A stretch of DNA of 64,000 nt from Chlorokybus atmophyticus (Eukaryota > Plantae > Mesostigma and Chlorokybus algae): contig RHPI01003642.1 in NCBI GenBank assembly GCA_009103225.1, positions 1,169,099 through 1,233,098 of the forward strand, in the 5' to 3' direction. Under the pieces are notes generated by a model, which worked only from the letters and a program-made list of their open reading frames with translations, did no database searches and was not told where the DNA came from. Positions 1-11,985 of the stretch are shown here, in pieces. Position numbers and translations under genes: made by a program. Numbering within the stretch: the stretch's first letter is position 1; every line of letters starts with the position of its first letter.

Positions 1-305
1 GCCATAGTGTCCTCACACTCCGCAGCTGCACAGGCGGCGTTGCGGCATTTGCACCCAGCTTGCTGCTCCCCGACAAGCGGGCTGTGACATGCGGCATTGC
101 AACCGCAAAGGCTCTTCACACTGAAGGCAAACCATTTGACGTTAAAAACTGCTGATGGAAAGAAACATGCACAAGTATACTGTCCACAAGCAATGAGCCT
201 TAAACAAGGCCTTCGGCACGGCCGACTTACTCAGCAAATTGATGGCCCTCTAGTACCGCCTTGCCGCCTGCACCCGCCGACCGCTCACTTGTCCCAACCT
301 GAGGC
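1..305 (-). CDS. Possible spliced exon pair of an uncharacterised gene running off the window start
   Basis: Phase-compatible junction GCT GA|gtaagt...cttcag|T GTG joins VGTSERSAGAGGKAVLEGHQFAD to a Cys-rich VKSLCGCNAACHSPLVGEQQAGCKCRNAAC. No recognisable family motif. Confidence 0.25.
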
Positions 306-2749
306 CGAACAGCGGCGCGTCAATGAGCCTGACTCCTGTGCAGTGGCAGGAAGAACGAAGAAGAACCAAGGCTGCAAGCTAAGTGCAACTGAACTAGTAT
401 TCGGTCAGCAAACGCGGGCGCCAACACCTACAACGCTAAGGTGTTCCTGCGCAGGTGCCCTGTCACCTTCCAGGCCGGTCACAGCCAAGAGCATTTGAAG
501 GTCTTGCTGAGGAAACAAAGTGGACTGAACGATGCAAGCGCAAAGCAAACCGCGCAGCTAGCACCAGACACGCACGCTGGCCCTCTCAGGAGAAAACGGG
601 CGGGGGTGAAGGAGAGGNGGGGGGGCTTCAACTTGACACCGGCAGACCACGACGCTAGGGTGTCACATACCTACTAATGCACCAACGACAGACCACACCC
701 ACACCGACGACGACAGGCACAGCTACCATGCCATCATCCAGCCCAGGGGGTGGAAATGCCCCAAACCCTAGCCCCATAGCACCCCACGACGGGCGCAGCC
801 CCACTGACCCAATCGCCGCAGTGCACAACGCCCTCAGCCTCACGGCTACTCAGCCCTACACATACCACACAGTGGCGGCGACGTCGCCAGCGGCGGCAGC
901 GGCGGCGACGGCGGCGGCACCTCCCTCCTCGCCGGCGACGGCGGCGACAGGTCCCAAATGTTTCCCACGCAGCAACGCCTTGCGCGTGAAATGGCTTCCC
1001 GGATCGTACCACGCCGGCACCCTGCAAATTCGTGCAGCGTGCAGCAGGCAAGCCTAACGCACAATGGATGCTTATATTCAAGCCATAATCATTGACGGTC
1101 GGCCTGGTCCGTAGGTTACACCAGTGAAACACATCACATTGACAACACATGACATTGTCGTTGAGGCAGCGGGCCTTCAACTTCATCGGGCCGCGGCTTC
1201 AACAAATGCAATGACCCTTTTAACTGTTACTACCACAATCTGTTTAGGCAGGACACATCTCACAACTATATAGCCTAGTCAGAAAGTTGTCGCGCTTCAT
1301 TCTCACCCTGGTTATAAGCCGACTGTACAATGTACTACTAGCCGTGCTAGTCTAGCACTCATTGCAATCCGGGGTCCTGCGCTTATTGCCAACTTGCAAA
1401 GCCTGCTGGCGCGGCTTCCTGGCACGTCACTTACTTCTCGTAAAATTTACTCGGAGATTCCGCCATCGCAATGATGAAGGTTTCATTTATCAAGGTGCCA
1501 TCGGCCGAACAGTGAATGGGAGGCGTCACTTCCACGCCCGGACACGCTAAGGACTCTTCGTTGGCGAATGAGATGTTTGTCGTTTTGCTCCCACACAGCA
1601 CCACCAGCCTGCACTAGCCGACAAGACGCAAAGCCTGGACATCATGAAGCCCTTCAGGTGAAGATGCCTTTCTATCGGAAAGCATCTAGGAGGACTCAGA
1701 GCTACCCTCGCTATAAGAAACTGACCGCGACCGTCCCGCTGCAGGTACGGCGCGACGCATAAGGTCGATATCCAAGGTAGTGCAGCGGCATACGCAAGTT
1801 TGTCTTGCGGCCTGTCATGCCACAAGACGCGTGCTGCTGCCAAAACGGAAGGCGAGAAAATCTCATATTTGATTGCAAGCAGCACTCGGCGTAAGCGTTG
1901 ACCAGCACAAGGGTGTGAGCGTGGCGGGAGGAGCGGCGGTGGCGGTAGTGGCGGAAGAGGAGGCGGAGGTGCTGGACCGAGCGTTTTGCGTCGTCGTCAT
2001 GCGCTGAAAGGTGTGAGCGCCTCGCATTGCAAGCTGTTGTGCTTGCTTGTGTAGCTTTTGCCTGCGGGCTGCAATTAGGGTTTCAGGGCGTCGCATTGCC
2101 CAGCATTGACGGCCGCGTCTGCGAGATCCCAGGCTTGAGAGTGCGCCTTCTCCTTTGCATTTGAAAGCATGTGTGCATGCATCCACCATTAGTCCAGCTG
2201 CCATCGCATTGTAGGATCAGGGACATTTGCCTCGCTTAAATGGGGGAATGATTGGCAGTCGCATGCTGCCAATGTCGAACAATTTGTGCTGAGATATTTC
2301 CAAGGTTCATGAGTAATCTTGCCTTAATCAGCTGGTGTTGCATTTGTCGCGAACCAATGTGGGCTGAGTGCAGGCTGAACAGCGCAACCCGAGCAATATA
2401 GCATTAGACCAAGTTCACAGCGTAGTAGTACACCACTGTCACACGCAATGCTTCGCTGATTGTTCAGCCATCCCGCTGGCAGGGTTGCTGTTAGCCAGTT
2501 GCCCGAGGCAACCAAGCTGCTGTCAATACAGCACTGGCACGCCAGCAGTTTCAAGTCAGCATGCAAGGATGTGCATGGTTAATCTGGTCTGTGCATGCGG
2601 TCTCAGCAGTGTGCAGTGTCGTACCCATGTCAACTTGCAGTTCACCGTTAAGCACAGCTGTAAAGTTATGTGTGTATGGCTCAGGCTGTACACAAGACGA
2701 GGCCAATTGCGCCTGATCCCAACATGCATACACGTTTGTGGTGGTGATC

Positions 2750-4675
2750 ATGAATTTGCTGGCATCTGTCTTTTCCGGCAAAGAGCAGCCAGGGTACACT
2801 CCGACAACTGGCAGCGCTCGCAGGCAAGCATGCATTGTATCTTGCACTGCCAAATGAAGTTTTGTTGATACTCAGTTGGCAGTGAACAGCAGTCTTCGCA
2901 GTGACTGACATAGTGCATGACCTGTTCTTTGCTGCAGTGATGACGGGAAGATCAGTTATGGCTATGCACTCATGCGTGGCAAGCGTGCGTCCATGGAGGA
3001 CTTTCATGAAGCTCGATTTCGAAAAGAGTCCATAAATGGAGAAAAAGTTGCTTTCTTCGGAGTGTTTGACGGTCAGTGTCTGTTGATGTTGCAATGCGTG
3101 AGCGACCTTGGCTTAATGACAACATCGCCAACCATCCGATTCCATGCCTGAATGAAATTGATGTAGGACATGGTGGACCCAAGGCTGCAGAGTATATCCA
3201 ACGAAACCTGTTTGAGAACTTGCTGAAGCACCCTGCTTTCACAAGCGACATTCAGAAGGCCATATGTATGCTCACGCGCTCTTGGTACACCACACATGCG
3301 TACATGTTGGAGGGATGTCTCAAGAATTTGTGCTTCACAGCTGACGTATATGTCAAGACAGACCAAGATTACATGACATCCGATGTGGGACAAAGTCGTG
3401 ATGATGGCTCAACTGCAGCTACAGCCCTGCTGGTAGGCCGCAGACTCTTAGTGGCAAATGTCGGAGACTCCCGCGCAGTCATGAGCCGTGCAGGCAAAGG
3501 TATGAAGGGTTCTGCTATTCTAGGTGTCGCTTCAAGCACAACACCAGTGTGTTGATGCAATGAAGTGCAGTTGCAAGCTAGGCCACGCTGTCTTTTACGT
3601 CAGGGCACAACACTGTGGCCATCAGGAACTGGGCAGTAATGCTGGAACTTGTTAGGCCTTATTGTAAAAGGCCTATGGCCTCACAAGCCTGGCTGTGTTG
3701 ATCGCTTGTACAGTACCCACTTCTTGCAAGGCATTGTCATGCATAGTTAATCAACTATCCAAGGGGAGGTTTGTGATGAAGTCTTTGGTCAGCCAGCTCA
3801 AGACAGCGTCAGATTCAAGTGTTTTATCTGTCTTGAATAACGTTGTGATGGTTTGCGTGGGTGATCTCATTATCTTGCTCAATGTTCCTGTGTTCCGTGT
3901 TCCTCTGCAGCTGTCCCCATGACGGTGGATCACAAGCCCAACCGCTCTGACGAAAGACAACGCATAGAAAAGGCTGGCGGGCACGTGTTGTGGGCAGGTG
4001 GGTGTTGTTGGAATGAGGTCGTACATCACAGAACGTGGGCAGACAGTTCTTGTTCTGCCTGCTTCGTGCTATGCGATTGATCGCTGTGCAGGCACAACGT
4101 ACATAGTTTTTGCATTATTTTTGCTTTTGCAGGCACATGGAGAGTTGGCGGTGTGCTAGCTGTATCCCGAGCGTTTGGAGATCGTCTGCTAAAACGCTAT
4201 GTTGTTGCAGAACCCGAGATACATGTAAGTAGTAGCCCATAATTACGTGTGCTTACTTTTTGGCATTGCTAGTTGTGTCTACCTTCACATATGTTTATGG
4301 TATGACAAAGGTTGCACAACACATTGCTTGGTAGTGAACATCACTGCGTTGGCAGGATGATGTGCTCACGCCGCAAGACGAGTTCCTGCTATTAGCAACT
4401 GATGGCCTTTGGGATGTAATTTCTAATCAGGTAATTGGCAGCGCAGAATCAATGCACGGAGTACTGGTGCAATCAGTATCCTGGTGTACTTCTCACTTCT
4501 GCGTGTTTTGTCGTGCTGATATGCTTGTGTCATTGGTGCTTGACAGGAAGCTGTAAATCTGGTGCGTGATATTCAAAGTCCGGAGGAAGCCGCGAAGCGC
4601 CTTGTTGATGAGGCATACCGGAGAGGAAGCGCGGACAACATCACCTGCGTGGTTGTGCGCTTCCATTGCGACTGA
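2750..4675 (+). CDS. PP2C: Protein phosphatase 2C (PPM family, plant-type), 8 exons by manual splicing
   Basis: Spliced translation [47 protein letters not shown]...[11 protein letters not shown]...DDGSTA...NVGDSRAV...DHKPNRSDE...[15 protein letters not shown]...ATDGLWDV...[13 protein letters not shown]. All metal-binding PP2C motifs are present and splice phases are consistent. First intron is GC-AG (2824-2937). Stop TGA 4673-4675. Confidence 0.95.
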
Positions 4676-5360
4676 TCTTGCTTGTCACTGGCATCTTTGC
4701 GACCCTTGTAAGTAGCGCACTTTTTGTTGACTCACAGCAGCAAACTTTATCACACCAGCATTTTCTCTTGTGCTTAACTGAGGGTGTCGGGTTGGGTTCA
4801 CAGCAACCAGTTGAGACCTGGTTGCTGTGAAAAAGCTCCTCATGGTGAGCTTGCACACTGCAAGAGATTTATCTGACGGATTGTGTATTGCGCTTCATGC
4901 CCAGTGCGCAGACTGCGCTCAGTGATCTGAGTGTGCTGTTACACAGCATGCAACAATACAAGCATGCACACACGCTTCAACCCGCGCACACGTTCTGTAG
5001 TGTATGTCGTCATGTTCGACAATCTATGGCAGGGGTGCATGTCTGAGCCGTGACCTTGGCTATGTTTGTCTTCAGTAAACAGTGGTTGGTGCATATCAAG
5101 TATGGCTTGTGCAAGTGTGCGAGTTGCTGAAAATGCAGCACTCATATAACCCTCAACTGCATAGGTAAGTGTCATACACAGACTCGACCATGACATTGCA
5201 CACTCCCAGACACATAAATACCAAGCACCCTGTACACAGCACACATGGGGGCTCTGAGCTAGCTGCGTGTCACCATCACATGACAGTCCACATGCAGACA
5301 TGGCTGCACTGATGTTCGGATGTCTAAGTGCAGTATCAGGTCATTGTATTGATCAAGCAA

Positions 5361-7644
5361 TCAGTAAGCAACAGCATCATCATGTGCTCGGCGTGCTGCA
5401 GCAAGCTGTGAGTCGATGAAGGCCTTTGCTTGTTGTGCCAAGTCCTCAGAGTCGTCCCACAAATCCCTGCATACATGTTCAGTTGCAACCGGAACATGCC
5501 AAAGCCAACCTTGCATGACCATCTGAGGACAAATATTGTATGGACATCTCATAAAATCTACTTCTCTCACCTCCAAACGCAAAGGTTGGTGCTAAGAGCA
5601 GGGCTGACAATGCGTGATGAGAAAGACTCAAACGTGATTGGCCCTGTGTACCTGAAGACATCAATGTACAACATTCAGTGTGAGTCAGCCACGGATGGTG
5701 CACCGCATGTGACTGCAACCGCATGAACGGTGTTTGACTGCATGTGGACATGATGCTTACATGTGTCGTGCATGTGCATACTCGTTGCGCATTTTCCGTA
5801 CATACATACCCAGTTTCAGCCAAAGCTCGAAACAAAGATTGCCAGTCGACACTTCCAGTTCCCAAGTAACCACGATGGCTCTGCACACAACCATCAGCAT
5901 AAACATGACTGTCACAATCAACGGCACATCTACCCGCACGGCGCACTTACCTCGCCAACATGTATGTATCCCAGCCTGGAGCCACACGTCTTTACGGCTT
6001 CAGCCATACCCCGCTCCTGCCAGGTACTGAAGTCAGTATACAGCAGTAACAATCAGGGTAAGTTTCCTAAGCCATACCTCAATGTTCATGTGATGCGAGT
6101 CAAGGTGCACTAGGATGTTGCTCTTCCCTATCTCCTCTACGAGCTCAACAGCCTGCGAGCAAGTGTTGCTGTGACATGCAAAATTGATCGACAACCATAC
6201 CCAGTGCCAATGGGGCCTATACCTGGCTTGCTGTGTTCAGCACATTGGACTCATAGCGGTTGACTACCTACGCCACGACAAACGCACATCAGGCAGTTAT
6301 ATTGCAGAGTGTCCTCAAATTGCATGTCGATAGCCATTGACGCTGCACATGCCAAGAGCACGGAGTGTCAAACCTCCAATCCAATGGTAACGCCTAGATT
6401 TGCAGCCCGATTAGCCAGCTGTCGCATAGCGCTGACAAGGTTTGCTCTGCCGGCAGCTGTAGGAGGCTCTCTGTACTTGCCAAGTGCCGAGTACAGCACG
6501 CCAACCTAAGCAACGCATACGTGTCATAGAATGCAGGTCGAACTCAGTCCAAGCATGCGCTCAAGTCTCAAACCATCAACTCACAAGATGCGTGCCGCCA
6601 ATCGCTGCAACAAGGTCCAATGCTTCCGTGAGCAGCGCTTCGCCGCGCTGCGCACATGCTGAGTCAGGGCTTGATACATCTGCATCAAATCGAAGCCCCA
6701 TTGATGCGGCTGCTTGCATTCCACTTTGTCGAAGTACTTTCTTCCTAGCAAGAAGCAGACAGTTGGTTGCTTGATGAAATCTGTACCACAAAGCTCAAGC
6801 TTACGTCATCTTAGCGTCCACAGTTGAAGGCTCCAGTACAGGGATCTCAATGAGGTCATATCCTAAGGAGGCAGTGCCCTCGATAGCTCTCCAGGCCTCC
6901 TGCTCTGACCAACCGCCGCACCTGATCGTAGTAACATGTGGAATAACCACAACTCCTGTATCCTATGATTGCATTGCAGTGTTACGCACTGAAAACATGT
7001 CGATGGCGTCCCGTGTTGTGCTCTGATTGACATTGGACTTGATGCCCAGCACAAAGCCGGCCTGCAGACAGCTTACCAAACCAATGCATGGACGCCTATG
7101 GGATTCTTCTTTGCAGCCTGCGCTTTCCCTGTCGCAACTGTTGTTGCTTGCACTGTGCGCAATCGTGACTGGAGCTTTGGTTCGGCATGAGTCCCAATCT
7201 GGCACTCAGAATTGCATGTTAGTGACTAGCAACCCAACATTGTGCTTAGCTTTGTATGCACTCGGTGTCGAAGCACAGCATGGCACCGTGCATGCATTGT
7301 CTGTTGCTTTTATTGGTTGGTGACACCCTGCCTACTGCCTGCCTGCCTTGACCGCATTGCATTGCACACAGGAGCACATAGGGTAGTGCTTAGCTCAAGG
7401 CCACGTAGACAATTGTTGCCCTTATTTCCTGCCCCTTTCCTGCTTCTGTTCACTGCCTTGGTGTTGTGTACTTGAACGAAGTGATTACCATGATTACCAC
7501 TTGCATCCTACGCATGTGCACGATAGGCAACATGGACAACTTCAGAAGCGGACAAAACAAACCAACCTTGCGGCATGCAGATGGCCGCAGCTGCAGCCCA
7601 AAGAAAACGGGAGCAGACATCAGCGCGGCTGCAGTCGTCATCAT
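5361..7644 (-). CDS. D-psicose/D-tagatose/L-ribulose (ketose) 3-epimerase family TIM-barrel enzyme with probable chloroplast transit peptide
   Basis: Spliced exons give MMTTAAALMSAPVFFGLQLRPSACRK/IGTHAEPKLQSRLRTVQA...NPIGVHALVW/CGGWSEQEA...GYDLIEIP...GVLYSALGKY...IGLE/VVNRYESNVLNT...HLDSHHMNIE/E...YIHVGE/SHRGYLGTGSVDW...ITFESFS...CVW/RDLWDDSEDLAQQAKAFI. The family's metal/catalytic Glu, Asp, His and Glu and the phosphate-free-site Arg are recognisable. Confidence 0.92.
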
Positions 7645-7756
7645 GCTATGAGCAGCAGCAGCTAGCACACCAGCTTGCAGCACGATGCTTGCTGCACGCT
7701 AGCGCTGGTGCTGCCAAACTCAAGCCTTAACGCTTTGTAATGCCCGTAATGCTCAA

Positions 7757-8012
7757 ATGCCCGCCTGCGGCACAGTCACTACAGTACTGTAGGGTCGCAG
7801 CGTTCAGATCTACGCTGACACCTCGAAAATATGCGCGCGCTCTTAAGACCTTAACGCACGGATGCCCGCTCGCGCAAAACGCGGCTTGGCGCAGCGTTCA
7901 GACCTGCACTGAATGGCATTCGGCAGTATTTCTGCAAGTTGCCAGCAACGGACTCTTCTTCCGCCGCGGATGCCCGCCCGCACAAAATTGCGCGGGCGTC
8001 GCAGCGCTCAAA
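7757..8012. repeat. Three imperfect copies of a bipartite motif ATGCCCGC-N18-29-G(T/G)CGCAGCG(T/C)TCA in the divergent intergenic region
   Basis: ATGCCCGC at 7757, 7862 and 7970 (spacing 105 and 108 bp), each followed by gtcgcagcgttcaga, ggcgcagcgttcaga and gtcgcagcgctcaaa respectively. Confidence 0.7.
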
Positions 8013-8582
8013 ACGGTTTTAGACGCTGCGTCAGGATGAGCTCAACAACTTAGCGTGTTGAGGTTGGCGGCGGAAGCGGAAGCGGCGGCGGTGGGGGAGT
8101 TGAGGACGTGCCTGGAGAGCAAGCTTTGTCTGTTCCACGTCCTGCAACAGCTCTTCGCTTCGGCTGCAGGTGCGGTGGGCGTTGGCTGTTCGCATCCTAG
8201 CGGCCTTGCTGTCGTAGTCTTTGCTGTCTTAGGGCTTGCAACGGTTTCTCACCGTGGCTTGCGCGGAAAGCGTTGTGTTGCAACAAGTCACAGTACCTAT
8301 GTGAGCGTATTTACTTGGGGAGTGTTTTGAATATTGCAGAGGCCGCTGCATGCTAGTCCCGGCACGTGTTGCATTCACGGCCACTTGTGGTGCTTCTTTT
8401 TCCTTTTCTTTTGTGTCTGACTGGTAGTGGTGATGCGGGGGGCGTGGGGGCATGGACGGGTCGGTTTGCTGCTTTCAGAGCAAGGCTAACAGGCGGCGAG
8501 AATTTGCTTCAGTTTTCTTATCGACATTTTTGCGTGCATGCAGCCCTCTGCAGACAACATCAGCACCACCGGCCGGTTCAAT

Positions 8583-10139
8583 ATGTCGGGACTGACCGTT
8601 GCTGAGCTGCGGCGTACACTTGCTGCACGCGGTCTTCCGACAAAGGGTCAGAAGGACGAGCTGGAGCAGAGACTCTCAGCCTCAAAGCACACCGGTGATG
8701 CAAAGAAGGGCGTGACCGTTGCAGAATTGCGGGCAGAACTCAGCGGCCGGGGACTTGATGCTGTCGGCACGAAGGAAGTCCTTCTGCAGAGGCTCACAGA
8801 GGCACTGGCAGGAGAACCAAAAGAGAAAGAGCAGACTGCTAAGGGAGATGACACTTTGCCAGAATCTGAACAAGGGCAAGATAAATCGTAAGCCCCCCNN
8901 NNNNNNNNNNNNNNNNNNNNNNNNNNNNNNNNNNNNNNNNNNNNNNNNNNNNNNNNNNNNNNNNNNNNNNNNNNNNNNNNNNNNNNNNNNNNNNNNNNNN
9001 NNNNNNNNNNNNNNNNNNNNNNNNNNNNNNNNNNNNNNNNNNNNNNNNNNNNNNNNNNNNNNNNNNNNNNNNNNNNNNNNNNNNNNNNNNNNNNNNNNNN
9101 NNNNNNNNNNNNNNNNNNNNNNNNNNNNNNNNNNNNNNNNNNNNNNNNNNNNNNNNNNNNNNNNNNNNNNNNNNNNNNNNNNNNNNNNNNNNNNNNNNNN
9201 NNNNNNNNNNNNNNNNNNNNNNNNNNNNNNNNNNNNNNNNNNNNNNNNNNNNNNNNNNNNNNNNNNNNNNNNNNNNNNNNNNNNNNNNNNNNNNNNNNNN
9301 NNNNNNNNNNNNNNNNNNNNNNNNNNNNNNNNNNNNNNNNNNNNNNNNNNNNNNNNNNNNNNNNNNNNNNNNNNNNNNNNNNNNNNNNNNNNNNNNNNNN
9401 NNNNNNNNNNNNNNNNNNNNNNNNNNNNNNNNNNNNNNNNNNNNNNNNNNNNNNNNNNNNNNNNNNNNNNNNNNNNNNNNNNNNNNNNNNNNNNNNNNNN
9501 NNNNNNNNNNNNNNNNNNNNNNNNNNNNNNNNNNNNNNNNNNNCTTCTCCCCTCTTTCTGAGCGCGTGGATTACGAGAATGCATGCATACAAGTCAGTAG
9601 GCAGCGATGCTACAACAGCTATGCACAGCTATGATAATTCGCTGTACACCCTCTTGCATTGAACTACTGATTTGCCTGGTTGCAGTGACAGCATAAACGC
9701 TGCCGAGGTTGGTGAAGCTGCGACGGACGCTGACATGCCTGCCACCGGGGAAAACACTAAGGCAGAACAAAAAAAGACACTGCCAGACTCCATGACTGTA
9801 GCTCAGCTACGCAAGGCGCTCACTCGACGCGGGCTGGATGCAACGGGGGTGAAGACGGTGCTCGCGCAGAGACTTGCAGAAGCACAGGCCTCACATGTGT
9901 CAAAACCTTCTGGTACCAAGCAAACCAAAGGCGCTAAAACTGACAGGTCTGTGTGCAGTTCGTTTCTGCATTGATTGTTTCGAAGCGCTGCACACTCAGT
10001 TAGCAGGCTGCTTGTGGTCATGTACACTAACACTGATGCTCTCAGCTCGGCCAAAGGTGGAGCGGCTGCGCCCGCAGGTGAAACGACTACTACTACAAGC
10101 AAAAAGCAAGACAAGCCGTTACCGTCACCAAAGAGTTAG
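8583..10139 (+). CDS. Triple SAP-domain DNA-binding protein (5' and 3' ends uncertain)
   Basis: Three SAP motifs: LTVAELRRTLAARGLPTKGQKDELEQRL, VTVAELRAELSGRGLDAVGTKEVLLQRL and MTVAQLRKALTRRGLDATGVKTVLAQRL. Exons join in phase across the first gap (TC|gtaagc...tgcag|T) and at AG|gtctgt...tcag|C. It may continue to exons at ~10420-10580 and ~11330-11484. Confidence 0.75.
8899..9543. other. Assembly gap (N run), probably intronic
   Basis: N run flanked by C-rich sequence directly after a gtaagc donor. The flanking exons are in phase without extra sequence. Confidence 0.9.
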
Positions 10140-10593
10140 CGGCACCGTTTATATCATACAACGTTAGGGCTTGGTTCACGTTCAGTACCAGCCCCGTGAA
10201 CTGGAAGTAGCGCACACAGTGTTCTGTGCCCCAACAGAGCTGCTTTGAGCATGTGGTGGACCGTCAGCAGTTTGCATTTTCACACTCGGCTAGAGTGGGA
10301 GAAGTAGGAGTCAGATGCACAGGGTTGAGGAGGAGATGAGCAGCAGGTGGGAAGGAGAGGGGGTGGCGAAAGGGAGGGCGGAGCTTTCCTCGAGTGCTGC
10401 CCAGGAGTAGCGGTGCTGTATGGATGGTGAGCTGGATAATGAAGGACAGTGGTTTGAGGAGAACGAGGCGGAGCAGCGATTAGTTGGCGGGCAGCGGTTG
10501 ATGCGCCGCGCATTGGTAAGCGCCGTAAAGCTTCAGCAGCAGTGATGGCGGCACTTACAGCGGCAGAACAGCTTCAGGTAAAGAGCCCCCCTC

Positions 10594-11190
10594 NNNNNNN
10601 NNNNNNNNNNNNNNNNNNNNNNNNNNNNNNNNNNNNNNNNNNNNNNNNNNNNNNNNNNNNNNNNNNNNNNNNNNNNNNNNNNNNNNNNNNNNNNNNNNNN
10701 NNNNNNNNNNNNNNNNNNNNNNNNNNNNNNNNNNNNNNNNNNNNNNNNNNNNNNNNNNNNNNNNNNNNNNNNNNNNNNNNNNNNNNNNNNNNNNNNNNNN
10801 NNNNNNNNNNNNNNNNNNNNNNNNNNNNNNNNNNNNNNNNNNNNNNNNNNNNNNNNNNNNNNNNNNNNNNNNNNNNNNNNNNNNNNNNNNNNNNNNNNNN
10901 NNNNNNNNNNNNNNNNNNNNNNNNNNNNNNNNNNNNNNNNNNNNNNNNNNNNNNNNNNNNNNNNNNNNNNNNNNNNNNNNNNNNNNNNNNNNNNNNNNNN
11001 NNNNNNNNNNNNNNNNNNNNNNNNNNNNNNNNNNNNNNNNNNNNNNNNNNNNNNNNNNNNNNNNNNNNNNNNNNNNNNNNNNNNNNNNNNNNNNNNNNNN
11101 NNNNNNNNNNNNNNNNNNNNNNNNNNNNNNNNNNNNNNNNNNNNNNNNNNNNNNNNNNNNNNNNNNNNNNNNNNNNNNNNNNNNNNNNNN
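10594..11190. other. Assembly gap (N run)
   Basis: N run preceded by gtaaagagcccccctc and followed by a polypyrimidine tract. Confidence 0.9.
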
Positions 11191-11985
11191 CCCTCTGTTT
11201 TCCATTGCTTGCTCCCGCCTTCCCTCTTTCATGCAATCCCGCTCCCTCTGCCCCTCTCTCTTCCCCTCTCCTCTCTTGCGGCCCAAATGCTGTATATGCG
11301 TGTCGTTCTCCTGCATTTGTTGATGCATATATTGCAGGCTTTATACAGCTTGATGATTACCTACGCAGGTCAAGCAACCCGTCCAAAAACAAAATTGGAT
11401 AACAAGAAGTGCAAACGCGTTCCAATAAGTGACCTGTCAGCTCGTCAACGAGCAGCAAGGGGTGTGTCAGTCCATGCCTTTTAACAGAATTGTTACATTG
11501 AAATACACCAGCTTGTCAATTATTATCCATTGCAGACACTTGCCTTCAGGAACATTGTGTGGAGCATTGTAACATAACATGTACCTGCCTATAATGAATA
11601 TGTCATCATAATCCGAAATGCTGTTCGGTTTCGTCTGTGCATAGCGCACATTGATGTTTTGTCAGCACAAGAGAGACAGGTTATCAGGCTGCCCTGTTGC
11701 TGCGGGACTCACTGCAATGCATGCGCAGTGGTGGTGGTGTGGCCAGCAATCGACGAGCCCCAATAGTGACTTCATGTACATGTGTAGCAAATTAGCTGGG
11801 TGCAAATAAAACCGACATTGAGAACCCATGAGAACAACTCAGAAATCCACATCCTCAGCGCTGCATTTTTCCAATTTGGTGTCAAATTCCACAAGCAATA
11901 CATCCACGTTCATGGTGAACACCTGCAGCAGCAGACTGCGCGAGCATGTGCTGACTTTGTGCTGAGTTTCTGTCATATGTGTACA

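Noticed and set aside
1662-1687. Hairpin AGATGC-C-TTTC-TATCG-GAAA-GCATCT and a nearby ATGATGA (C-box-like) at ~1470; considered as snoRNA, RNase P/MRP or group I intron
   Set aside because: Only one short stem. No D box at a suitable distance, no P4/CR-I/CR-V motifs and no group I P/Q/R/S elements were found.
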